Below are positions 11,452 through 19,038 of a stretch of 64,000 bases of DNA, one piece after another. This stretch comes from Candidatus Multivoradales bacterium (lineage in GTDB: Bacteria > Acidobacteriota > Thermoanaerobaculia > Multivoradales > JAHEKO01): assembly GCA_965223855.1 (NCBI GenBank), contig CBDCXM010000009.1, positions 2,624,001 through 2,688,000 on the forward strand, read 5' to 3'. The notes below the pieces were generated by a model that had not been told where the DNA came from, made no database searches, and was given only the letters and a program-made list of their open reading frames with translations. Positions within the stretch are counted from its first letter, which is position 1, and each line of letters opens with the position of its first letter. A program made the translations under genes and the position numbers.

Positions 11452-12198
11452 ATGAGTCGATTCTCCCTTCGCTGTGTCTGGCAACGTCCCGTAGGTGCCC
11501 TTGCGCTCCTGGTCTGGCTCGCGGCCGCGCGTGCGACTGCGCAGATCGCGGTCGTACAGAACGACTCCGTCATCGACTTCGGCGCCGCAGTGATTCAGGC
11601 CGGGTTCGCCGCAGACGAGCGGGGAGCCTCCTGGCTGACCTCACCCTGCGATGGGGATCTGATCGCAGTGCGTCTCCTTTGGCTGGACTTCGCCGGCAGT
11701 GGTTCTCAGACCCTCGGTCAGGCGGTGACGATCTCGTCCGAGGGCACGTTCCCTGCTCCGGGCCCGATGCTTGCCGAACTGGTCGGGCCCGTGATGACCG
11801 AAGGCTTCTTCAACGAGTTCGTGCTCACTCCGGCCATCCCTATCGGGCAGGACGAAACCTTCGTGGTGGACTTCAAGTTCCTGACGAGTCCACCTCCGCT
11901 GGGGCCGAGCCTCGTTACGGATGCCGATGGTTGCCAGGCAAGCCGGAACGGTGTTTTTGCGATTCCACCGAGCTCGTGGCTAGATCTGTGTGGCTTTGGA
12001 GTTTCCGGGGATCTGGCGATACGAGCCGTGGTCGCGTGCGGCCCCTCCACGATCTTCGCTGACGGCTTCGAGAGCGGCGACACTTCTGCCTGGTCTACCA
12101 CCGAGCCTTTCGGGACATCTACCTTTCGGGGCCAGTATCCGGTGCTCCGAGTGGATCCGGACCTGCCGCCCTTCTGGCGCTACGCCACGGAAGAGTGA
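11452..12198 (+). CDS. Secreted hypothetical protein with IFADGFESGD motif near the C-terminus
   Basis: Signal peptide ending ARATA-Q, beta-rich body with several Cys, IFADGFESGDTSAWS; GAAGGAAA RBS. Confidence 0.75.
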   Translation: MSRFSLRCVWQRPVGALALLVWLAAARATAQIAVVQNDSVIDFGAAVIQAGFAADERGASWLTSPCDGDLIAVRLLWLDFAGSGSQTLGQAVTISSEGTFPAPGPMLAELVGPVMTEGFFNEFVLTPAIPIGQDETFVVDFKFLTSPPPLGPSLVTDADGCQASRNGVFAIPPSSWLDLCGFGVSGDLAIRAVVACGPSTIFADGFESGDTSAWSTTEPFGTSTFRGQYPVLRVDPDLPPFWRYATEE

Positions 12199-12233
12199 AC
12201 GTCGCCGGCCCGACCGAGCGGCTCCTGAGCGCG

Positions 12234-12713
12234 TCAGAACCGGATTCCGAAGGCGATCACCGCCTCGACATCGTCTGCCAGCAGGATCTTTCCCTGCAGG
12301 TAGGGCCGTACTGTCCGGCCTCGCAGGAAGCCCATGCCGGCGAGGAGGTTGACCCCGACGTCCGTATCGTCGGAGCCGCGTCCGTTGTCGGCTGCGACGA
12401 GGGCGATGCCGGCGCCCAGCCACGCGTGAAGGTCGCCCTCCCAGGCCAGATCCTGATGGAAGTCGGCATTGACAGTGACCAGGTCGCCCCGCTCGACGAA
12501 GACGAACTCGGCGTTCGGATTGAAAAACCACTGCGAACCGCCCACGCGCGTGAGCAAGCCAGCTCCGACGAAGCTCTCGCCGATGTCGGCGTAGGCGCCG
12601 GCACGGAAGTCGGCGTCGACCCCCTGGGCGGAGGCGGCGAGCGGGAAGAAGATCACGGCTGCGGTGAGACCGAGTAGAGAGAGCACTCGGCTCGAGGTTG
12701 CGTGGGTCATCAT
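12234..12713 (-). CDS. Small outer-membrane beta-barrel protein
   Basis: Signal peptide (AASA-Q), alternating amphipathic strands, C-terminal FGIRF; GGAGG RBS. Confidence 0.75.
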   Translation of the reverse strand: MMTHATSSRVLSLLGLTAAVIFFPLAASAQGVDADFRAGAYADIGESFVGAGLLTRVGGSQWFFNPNAEFVFVERGDLVTVNADFHQDLAWEGDLHAWLGAGIALVAADNGRGSDDTDVGVNLLAGMGFLRGRTVRPYLQGKILLADDVEAVIAFGIRF

Positions 12714-12946
12714 GGTCCTCCTGGATCCAAATCAGCGCCGTCGGGCGCGGGTTCAAAGGAGCGGGACCCTGCTCGGGCCGCTCACGAATGGGTGGTGCGC
12801 AATCGCTATGCCATCGGCGGACCTTTCCGCCGAACAGCCTTGCGGCAAGCTGCAGCTCGCCCTCCCTGCCTTCCCCTTGTCCGGTCTCAAACCTGCTCGC
12901 CTTCGGGGAGTTTTGCCCCTCCACCCGGGCATCGCGCCCTTCACGC

Positions 12947-13004
12947 TCACGCTCGGGTGCTCACGCTCGGGTGCCCCTCACGCTCGGGTGCCAGGTGAAT
13001 GGCG
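12947..13004. repeat. Three copies of TCACGCTCGGGTGC joined to an inverted copy of the ATTCACCTGGCACC motif
   Basis: Copies at 12947-12960, 12961-12974 and 12978-12991; GGTGCCAGGTGAATGGCG at 12987-13004 is the exact reverse complement of 11254-11271. Confidence 0.9.
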
Positions 13005-14248
13005 GGCGGGAGGATCGCGCCCGTCGAGGGAAACGGGCCTCTGAGGCTTAGCGCGACAGGTGCAAGATCGCGAGGCTGGCCTGCGTCTGAGCTTTCGAGA
13101 TGTCTAGAAAGCTTCGCTACCTGCCCAAAGAGGCCCTCGTCGAGATCACAGTCCGCACACAACATGGGCGTTACTTGCTACGCCCATCTGCGAAGCTCCG
13201 CGATCGCGTCGTCGGCATTCTGGCCCGTGCGCAGTCCATGACGGGGATGCGCGTTTGCGGCTTCGTCTACCTGTCGAATCATGCTCATCTGCTCTTGCAT
13301 CCGACGGACGTCCGGCAGATGGCGAGATTCATGGCCTACGTCAACTCCAACGTCGCTCGTGAGGCCGGACGACTGCACGCGTGGAGGGAGCGTTTCTGGG
13401 GCCGACGCTATTCCGACGTGGTGGTTAGCGAAGAGCCGGAGGACCAGGAACACCGTCTGCGTTATCTGCTGGCTCAAGGAGTCAAGGAGAGACTCGTGGC
13501 CTCACCACGTCATTGGCCCGGCGCCACAAGTACGCCTGCGCTCCTGTCCGGCGACCCCTTGGAGGGCGAATGGGTCGATCGCTCGGAGCAATACCGCACC
13601 GGGCGGCGGGGTGAGCCGAGTCCATCGAGGCTCTTTCTTTCCAAGCATCGTCTGGAGCTCTCGCCGATTCCGTGCTGGGCAGGACTCAGGCAAGTCGAAC
13701 GCTGTCGGAGGATTCGGGAGATCGTCAGAGACATAGAGGACGAGCACGAGGCCACAGGCAAGCCGGTTCTCGGGCGAGAGGCACTTCTAGCCCAGGACCC
13801 GCACGACCGGCCGGAGCACTTCGAGCGTCGTCCTGCCCCTCGGTTCCACGCTGCAGATCGGCAGAAGCGCAAGGCACTCGAGGAGGCCTACCGGTGGTTT
13901 GTGCTCGAGTATCGGCAGCGGTCGAAGGACTTCAGACGCGGTTTGACGGTGACGTTCCCCGAGGGTTGCTTCCGGCCGGTGAGCTACCAACCGATCCTGA
14001 CCAGAGCCGGCTAGCTCGACAGCCTGAGCCTCCATGCCTGGCCGACGGCGCTTCTGCGTCGGTGGCAGGAGTTTGTATGGGCGACCAGTCGACTTCCCCT
14101 GCGCTAGTGGGATTGGGAGTCGAATGTGGTCCCGGACGGCTCCTGATCTTCGTCTCAGGTGCCGCGACCTCGCTGATCGACAGAATCGACCGATTTCCGG
14201 GAACCCGCGGCACGAAAGCAGGGTCCCCCAAACGATTCACCTGGCACC
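12987..14248. mobile_element. Putative REPtron-like element: Y1 transposase between inverted 14-bp motifs
   Basis: GGTGCCAGGTGAAT at 12987-13000 and ATTCACCTGGCACC at 14235-14248 flank the HUH transposase gene. Confidence 0.7.
13100..14014 (+). CDS. Y1/HUH tyrosine transposase (RAYT / IS200-TnpA superfamily)
   Basis: N-terminal ITVRT, HUH motif LSNHAHLL, FWGRRY, catalytic Tyr helix LRYLLAQGVKERLV followed by WPG. Confidence 0.88.
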   Translation: MSRKLRYLPKEALVEITVRTQHGRYLLRPSAKLRDRVVGILARAQSMTGMRVCGFVYLSNHAHLLLHPTDVRQMARFMAYVNSNVAREAGRLHAWRERFWGRRYSDVVVSEEPEDQEHRLRYLLAQGVKERLVASPRHWPGATSTPALLSGDPLEGEWVDRSEQYRTGRRGEPSPSRLFLSKHRLELSPIPCWAGLRQVERCRRIREIVRDIEDEHEATGKPVLGREALLAQDPHDRPEHFERRPAPRFHAADRQKRKALEEAYRWFVLEYRQRSKDFRRGLTVTFPEGCFRPVSYQPILTRAG

Positions 14249-14276
14249 TTCGGGGGGCGACCCACTGAGGACGTGA

Positions 14277-15095
14277 CTATTCGGCTGGCACCCTGGTAAG
14301 GGCTGGTTGTTGGTAGAGCGTGCCGTCTTCCAGCCTTGCTGCGGTGAGCTGGCCGCCCCAGGCGCAGCCGGTGTCGAGGGCTACGAGTCCCTTTTGCTGA
14401 CGAAGGCCGAGGGCTGCCCAGTGGCCGCAGACGATGGTGAGCTTTCGGGTTCGGCGTCGGGGGACGGCGAACCAGGGTGTACAGCCGTTCGGTGCCGACT
14501 CGGGGGGGCCGCTGTAGTTGCAGGGGAGCCCGTTGGGGCGGAGCGTCCGTAGGCGGGTGAGGGCGCGGAGAGCTTCGCTCGATCTGGTGTGCTTCGCCGG
14601 CTTGCCTTTGGGCCGTCGCAGGCCGAGGAGGACTGCCAGCGCGTCGGGGTCGCCGGAGCGCAGCTTGCGCTCCGCCCGTTCGGCGAGGTCCGTCGCCTTG
14701 TCGATCGACCAGCCGGGCATCAATCCGGCGTGGAGGAGGACGACCTTCTTGCGCCGGTAGAGGAGCGGCCGCTCACGCAGCCACCGCAGGAGCCGCTTGC
14801 GATCGTCGGCGGCGAGCACGGCGTCGAAGGTGTCGTTGGCTTGAGGCCGTCGCAGGCCTGCCGCGGTCGCCAGCAGGTGGAGATCGTGGTTGCCCAGCAC
14901 GACCTGGAAGCGCTTGCCCATCTTCTTCGAACGCTTGCGCGCCCAGCGCAGCACCTCGAGCGATTGCGGGCCGCGATTGACCAGGTCGCCCACCAGCCAC
15001 AACCGGTCGCGGTCGGAGTCGAAGGGCAGCTTCTTGAGCAGCCGTTTCAGCTCGCGGTAGCAGCCGTGAACGTCGCCGATCGCGTAGGTCGCCAC
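14277..15095 (-). CDS. apaH: Symmetrical bis(5'-nucleosyl)-tetraphosphatase
   Basis: MATYAIGDVHGC, GDLVNRGP, LGNHDLHLL, HAG, GHWAALG, LDTGCAWGG. Confidence 0.95.
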   Translation of the reverse strand: MATYAIGDVHGCYRELKRLLKKLPFDSDRDRLWLVGDLVNRGPQSLEVLRWARKRSKKMGKRFQVVLGNHDLHLLATAAGLRRPQANDTFDAVLAADDRKRLLRWLRERPLLYRRKKVVLLHAGLMPGWSIDKATDLAERAERKLRSGDPDALAVLLGLRRPKGKPAKHTRSSEALRALTRLRTLRPNGLPCNYSGPPESAPNGCTPWFAVPRRRTRKLTIVCGHWAALGLRQQKGLVALDTGCAWGGQLTAARLEDGTLYQQPALTRVPAE

Positions 15096-15146
15096 CGGCG
15101 GACTATGCCTGATCGCGGCCGTCGATCCAACCCGCCGCGGTACGCG

Positions 15147-16610
15147 TCAGAGACCGCTCGGCAGCGAGCCGAGAAGGTACTTCAGGTCGTCGTCGCTCCA
15201 GGTCACTCCGGCCCCGAAGAACAGGGTCTCGCGCTCGTCCTCGAGAATGTCGTCAAGACCGCCCAACAGGTAGAGGTTGGGGTGGAGCCGCCAACGCCCC
15301 TCGACCCTGAGTCGGGGTTCGAGGTCGTCTTCGCGCGAGAAGTCGAACGCCTCGACGGTCATCCACAGCTTCTCCTCGAGCAGGCCGAAGTCGACCGCCG
15401 CGCCGCCCGAGGACTCGAAGATCCCGGCTCGCAGCCGGTGGCGCCCGAAGTGAAAGCCGAACTGCGCCGACAGGGTGAAGTCGTCATCGAGCGTGCGCGT
15501 CGTTGTGGTCGTCGTGATGGGAGGAACGTCCCCTTCGGTGACGGTCACCGTCTCAGTGCGGGTCTCGAGGCGCCCACGCGGATCGTCGACGATTCCCAGC
15601 CGGTAGAACCTGGAACTCCCCTCCGGCTGGAGATCGATCGAGAACGCGGTTCGGGTCTCTTCGACCTCCTCGAGCACCGTGCCGTCGAGCGACAGATCGA
15701 GCCCGAGGCTGGTGATCTTCCCGAACGTCTCGCTCAGGCTGTCGACCCCTTCCTCCATCGCTCCGAGGGTCGAGGTCAGCTGGTCGTGCGCCTCGTCGCT
15801 GCGAAGCAACTTGCCCAACGTTCCCTCCCCGGCGGCAAGACCGGCCGTGATCGTATTGAGATCGTCGACCGACGCCTGCATCGAGGTCGACAGCTTCGCC
15901 ACCTCGTCGAGACTCGTGCTGAGCGTCTCCCGATTCTCGGCGACGACCGCATCGATCTGGGCAAGCAGACCCTCCATCTGATCGGCAAGCCGCGGCAACT
16001 CCGCCGCGAGGGTGCCACTCGCGCGCGCGAAGTTGTCCGCCGTCCGATCGAAGGCACCTCGGTTCGCTTCGACCAGATCGCGAAGCGTCGCAGTTGTCCG
16101 ATCGAGATTGGCGAGCAGGTTGCGCACCAGCCGTCCGGTCTCCTCCGGATCGACCGCATCGAGCGAGCGTTGCAGGGTTCCCCCGATCTCGCTCAACTGC
16201 GCCATCGCCTCGTCCCAGCCCGCCGGCGTCTCACCGGCGATTGTCGCCCCGTCTACGAGGAAGGAGCCGGTCGCGGGGCCCTGCACGAGTTCGACGTACT
16301 TGTCTCCCAGCAGACCGAGACTGCTGATCCTCGCCTGCGTCCCCTCGGGAAGATCGAGCGGTGGATCGAGGAGCAGCCCCACGATCGCGGTCCGTCCTTC
16401 GAGCCGGATGCCGTCGACCTTTCCCACCCTGACGCCCGCAATGCGCACTGCCGCCTTGTCGTCCAGTCCGGCGACGGAGGCGAAGCGCGCCTCGATGCGC
16501 TGCCCGGACGCGCCGAAGAGCTCGAGGTCTTCGACCTTGAAGATCAGGTAGCCGAGCACCGCGAGGGCGGCGACCATGAAGAGACCGACCTTGGCCAGAT
16601 TCGACATCAT
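15147..16610 (-). CDS. mlaD: MCE/MlaD-family substrate-binding protein with helical extension and C-terminal beta region
   Basis: N-terminal anchor KVGLFMV, MCE motif AGLDDKAAVRIAGVRVGKV, GLLGDKYVEL, GEGTLGKLL. Confidence 0.88.
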   Translation of the reverse strand: MMSNLAKVGLFMVAALAVLGYLIFKVEDLELFGASGQRIEARFASVAGLDDKAAVRIAGVRVGKVDGIRLEGRTAIVGLLLDPPLDLPEGTQARISSLGLLGDKYVELVQGPATGSFLVDGATIAGETPAGWDEAMAQLSEIGGTLQRSLDAVDPEETGRLVRNLLANLDRTTATLRDLVEANRGAFDRTADNFARASGTLAAELPRLADQMEGLLAQIDAVVAENRETLSTSLDEVAKLSTSMQASVDDLNTITAGLAAGEGTLGKLLRSDEAHDQLTSTLGAMEEGVDSLSETFGKITSLGLDLSLDGTVLEEVEETRTAFSIDLQPEGSSRFYRLGIVDDPRGRLETRTETVTVTEGDVPPITTTTTTRTLDDDFTLSAQFGFHFGRHRLRAGIFESSGGAAVDFGLLEEKLWMTVEAFDFSREDDLEPRLRVEGRWRLHPNLYLLGGLDDILEDERETLFFGAGVTWSDDDLKYLLGSLPSGL

Positions 16611-16653
16611 TCGATCCTTTCGGAGCGGGGCGTGGGAGGCAAGAGGCGTTGTG

Positions 16654-17418
16654 TCACGGTTCGGCGTTCCAGACTTCGAGGTCACGGCGCACGAAGTCGG
16701 CGATCCGGGGGTCGTCGCTGCGACGGATCTCGGCCGGCGTCGCGTCGGTGAGGATGCGTCCCTCGTAGAGCATCGCCACCCGATCGGCGATACGGAAGAC
16801 GCTTCCCATGTCATGGCTGATGGTGACGAGGGTCGACTCGAGAGATTCCCGAAGATCGATCATCAGACGGTCGATCGTCAGCTTCGTCACCGGGTCGAGT
16901 CCGGTCGTCGGCTCGTCGAAGAGGAGCACCTCCGGCCGATGAGCGATCGCTCGCGCGAAGCCGACCCGACGACGCATCCCCCCGGAGAGATCGGCCGGCA
17001 TCTTGGTCGCGTTGCCCGCGAGTTCGACCCGCTCGAGGCACTCCGCGACGCGCTCCCGGATCGCCCCCTCGTCGAGCTCACCGATCCTACGCAGCGGAAA
17101 GGCGATGTTGTCCTCGACGGTCATCGAGTCGAAAAGCGCCCCCTCCTGGAACGCCATCCCGAACTTGCGCCGGAAGCGGGTCAGCTCCTCACCCTCCAGC
17201 TCTCCCATCCTCGTGCCGTCGACCTCGACGTAGCCGTCGTCGGGGGCGAGGAGCCCGATGATGTGCTTGAGAAGAACGCTCTTGCCGGTCCCCGAGCCGC
17301 CGATGATGACCGTCGAGCTCCCCGCGGCCACATCGAGATCGACGCCGCGGAGGATCTTCTTGTCGCCGAACGCCTTGTGAAGGCTGCGAATACGGATCTT
17401 GATCGGTCGCTCGGTCAA
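16654..17418 (-). CDS. mlaF: ABC ATP-binding protein, MlaF family
   Basis: Walker A GGSGTGKS, FQEGALFDS, LSGGMRRRV, DEPTTGLDP; TTG start overlaps the mlaE stop. Confidence 0.92.
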   Translation of the reverse strand: MTERPIKIRIRSLHKAFGDKKILRGVDLDVAAGSSTVIIGGSGTGKSVLLKHIIGLLAPDDGYVEVDGTRMGELEGEELTRFRRKFGMAFQEGALFDSMTVEDNIAFPLRRIGELDEGAIRERVAECLERVELAGNATKMPADLSGGMRRRVGFARAIAHRPEVLLFDEPTTGLDPVTKLTIDRLMIDLRESLESTLVTISHDMGSVFRIADRVAMLYEGRILTDATPAEIRRSDDPRIADFVRRDLEVWNAEP

Positions 17419-18161
17419 AACAGGATCTTGGTGAGAAAGAAGTCGCTGATCAGGATGGCGATCGAGGCGAAGACCACCGACCTCGTCGTGGCCCGTCCGA
17501 CGCCGGCCGCTCCGCCGCGCGCATAGAGCCCCTGTTGGCAGCCGATCACAGCGAGAAGGAGACCGAAGACCGCCGCCTTGATGAGGCCGGAGGTGACGTC
17601 CGCAAGATCGGTGTACTGGAAGGTCGTCTCCAGATAGGCAACCGGGTTGGTACCCATGGCGAGCACCGCCACGAGGTAGCCGCCCCAGATGCCGATCGCG
17701 TCGGAGAGCCCGACCAGGAGCGGCAGGACGATCACCGCCGCCCACACCCGCGGCACGACGAGGTAGTGGACCGGGTTGGTGGCCATGACCTCGAGCGCGT
17801 CGATCTGCTCGGTGACCCGCATACTCGCCAGCTCGGCGCCCATGGCCGATCCGGACCTGCCGGCGATCACCAGGCCGCCGAGGACCGCGGCGAGTTCGCG
17901 CACCATCGACAGGGCGACCAGTGAGCCGACGTAGCGCTCGGCGCCGAAACGCTGCAGGGTCGAGGTCGTCTGGAGCGCCAGCACCATGCCGGTGAACATC
18001 GCCGTGAGCAGGACCACAGGCAGCGAGTTGACGCCGACACGGACCATCTGGAGCAGCCACTGGCGGCCGTCGAACGGTCGGCGAAAGGTCCAGCGCAGGA
18101 CCTTCCAGAGCAGGTCGAAGAAGCGGCCGATCTCCTCGAGGAAGGCGTGGAGGGTTTGCAT
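17415..18161 (-). CDS. mlaE: ABC permease, MlaE family
   Basis: VRELAAVL, AGRSGSAMGAELASMRVTEQIDALEVM, GVGRATT. Confidence 0.93.
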   Translation of the reverse strand: MQTLHAFLEEIGRFFDLLWKVLRWTFRRPFDGRQWLLQMVRVGVNSLPVVLLTAMFTGMVLALQTTSTLQRFGAERYVGSLVALSMVRELAAVLGGLVIAGRSGSAMGAELASMRVTEQIDALEVMATNPVHYLVVPRVWAAVIVLPLLVGLSDAIGIWGGYLVAVLAMGTNPVAYLETTFQYTDLADVTSGLIKAAVFGLLLAVIGCQQGLYARGGAAGVGRATTRSVVFASIAILISDFFLTKILF

Positions 18162-18337
18162 GGCTTTCGTCAGGGAGGGGGCCGTAACGTCGCGGGTCGC
18201 AGGGGTGCAGCCTGCGGAGGATCGGGGCGATGACCTCGAGGCCCCGTGCGGCCGGGGGCGACGATAGTCTACTGGTGTCGGGTCTCTTCTCCCGGAATCG
18301 ACGCAACCCCCTCCGGGTGGAAGCCGTACCTTTCGCC

Positions 18338-18898
18338 ATGAGCCCTCGCAAGATTCTCGGAACCATGCTCGCGGCCGCAGCCGCCCTGGCACTCGACTCG
18401 TCGCAGCTCGATGCGCAGGTGGCGAGGCGGGCCTGCGAGGACGCGGAAGCGAAGGGCTCGGTCGTGGTGGTCGCCGGCCCCGAAGAGCCTGGTGAGCGCC
18501 TGAGCATCGAAGGCCGGGTGCTCGATCGCGAAGGTCTCCCGGTGGCGACGGCCCGCGTCCTGGCCTTCCACACCGACGCCGAGGGCTTCTACTCCCCGGG
18601 CGGGATGGACGAATCGGAGGCGAGGCTCTGCGGCGTCGCCCGGACCGATGCCGAAGGGCGCTTCCGCTTCGACACGGTTCGCCCCGGCTACTACGCCGAA
18701 GGAGCGCGACCACCGGCCCACGTTCATTTTCGTGTCGTGGTCGCGGGCAGGGAGCAGTCCTTCACTCTTCAGTTCGCCGACGACGAGCGACTCGGCTCCC
18801 GCGCCGACGGTGACGGTCCGACCTGGTCTTCGGTGAGGCCGGTGGAACGGTCGAGCGACGGGGCCATGAGGGTCGTGCGCGACCTTCGTCTGCGCTGA
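18338..18898 (+). CDS. Intradiol ring-cleavage dioxygenase-like protein, probably exported
   Basis: EPGERL..GRV.D, FHTDAEGFY, TDAEGRFRFDTVRPGYY, PAHVHF; N-terminal signal-like segment. Confidence 0.8.
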   Translation: MSPRKILGTMLAAAAALALDSSQLDAQVARRACEDAEAKGSVVVVAGPEEPGERLSIEGRVLDREGLPVATARVLAFHTDAEGFYSPGGMDESEARLCGVARTDAEGRFRFDTVRPGYYAEGARPPAHVHFRVVVAGREQSFTLQFADDERLGSRADGDGPTWSSVRPVERSSDGAMRVVRDLRLR

Positions 18899-19038
18899 GG
18901 GCTCCCTCCACCGCAGTCGACGTGTCGCCGGATCGCCTCCTTCTCAGAGTCGCTGCGCGACCCTGAGAGGCCGAAGGGCTGCTCTCGAGGGGCTCGCCGT
19001 CGAGGGCGGTAGCATGGCCGGAAAAGAGGAGATCTCTC

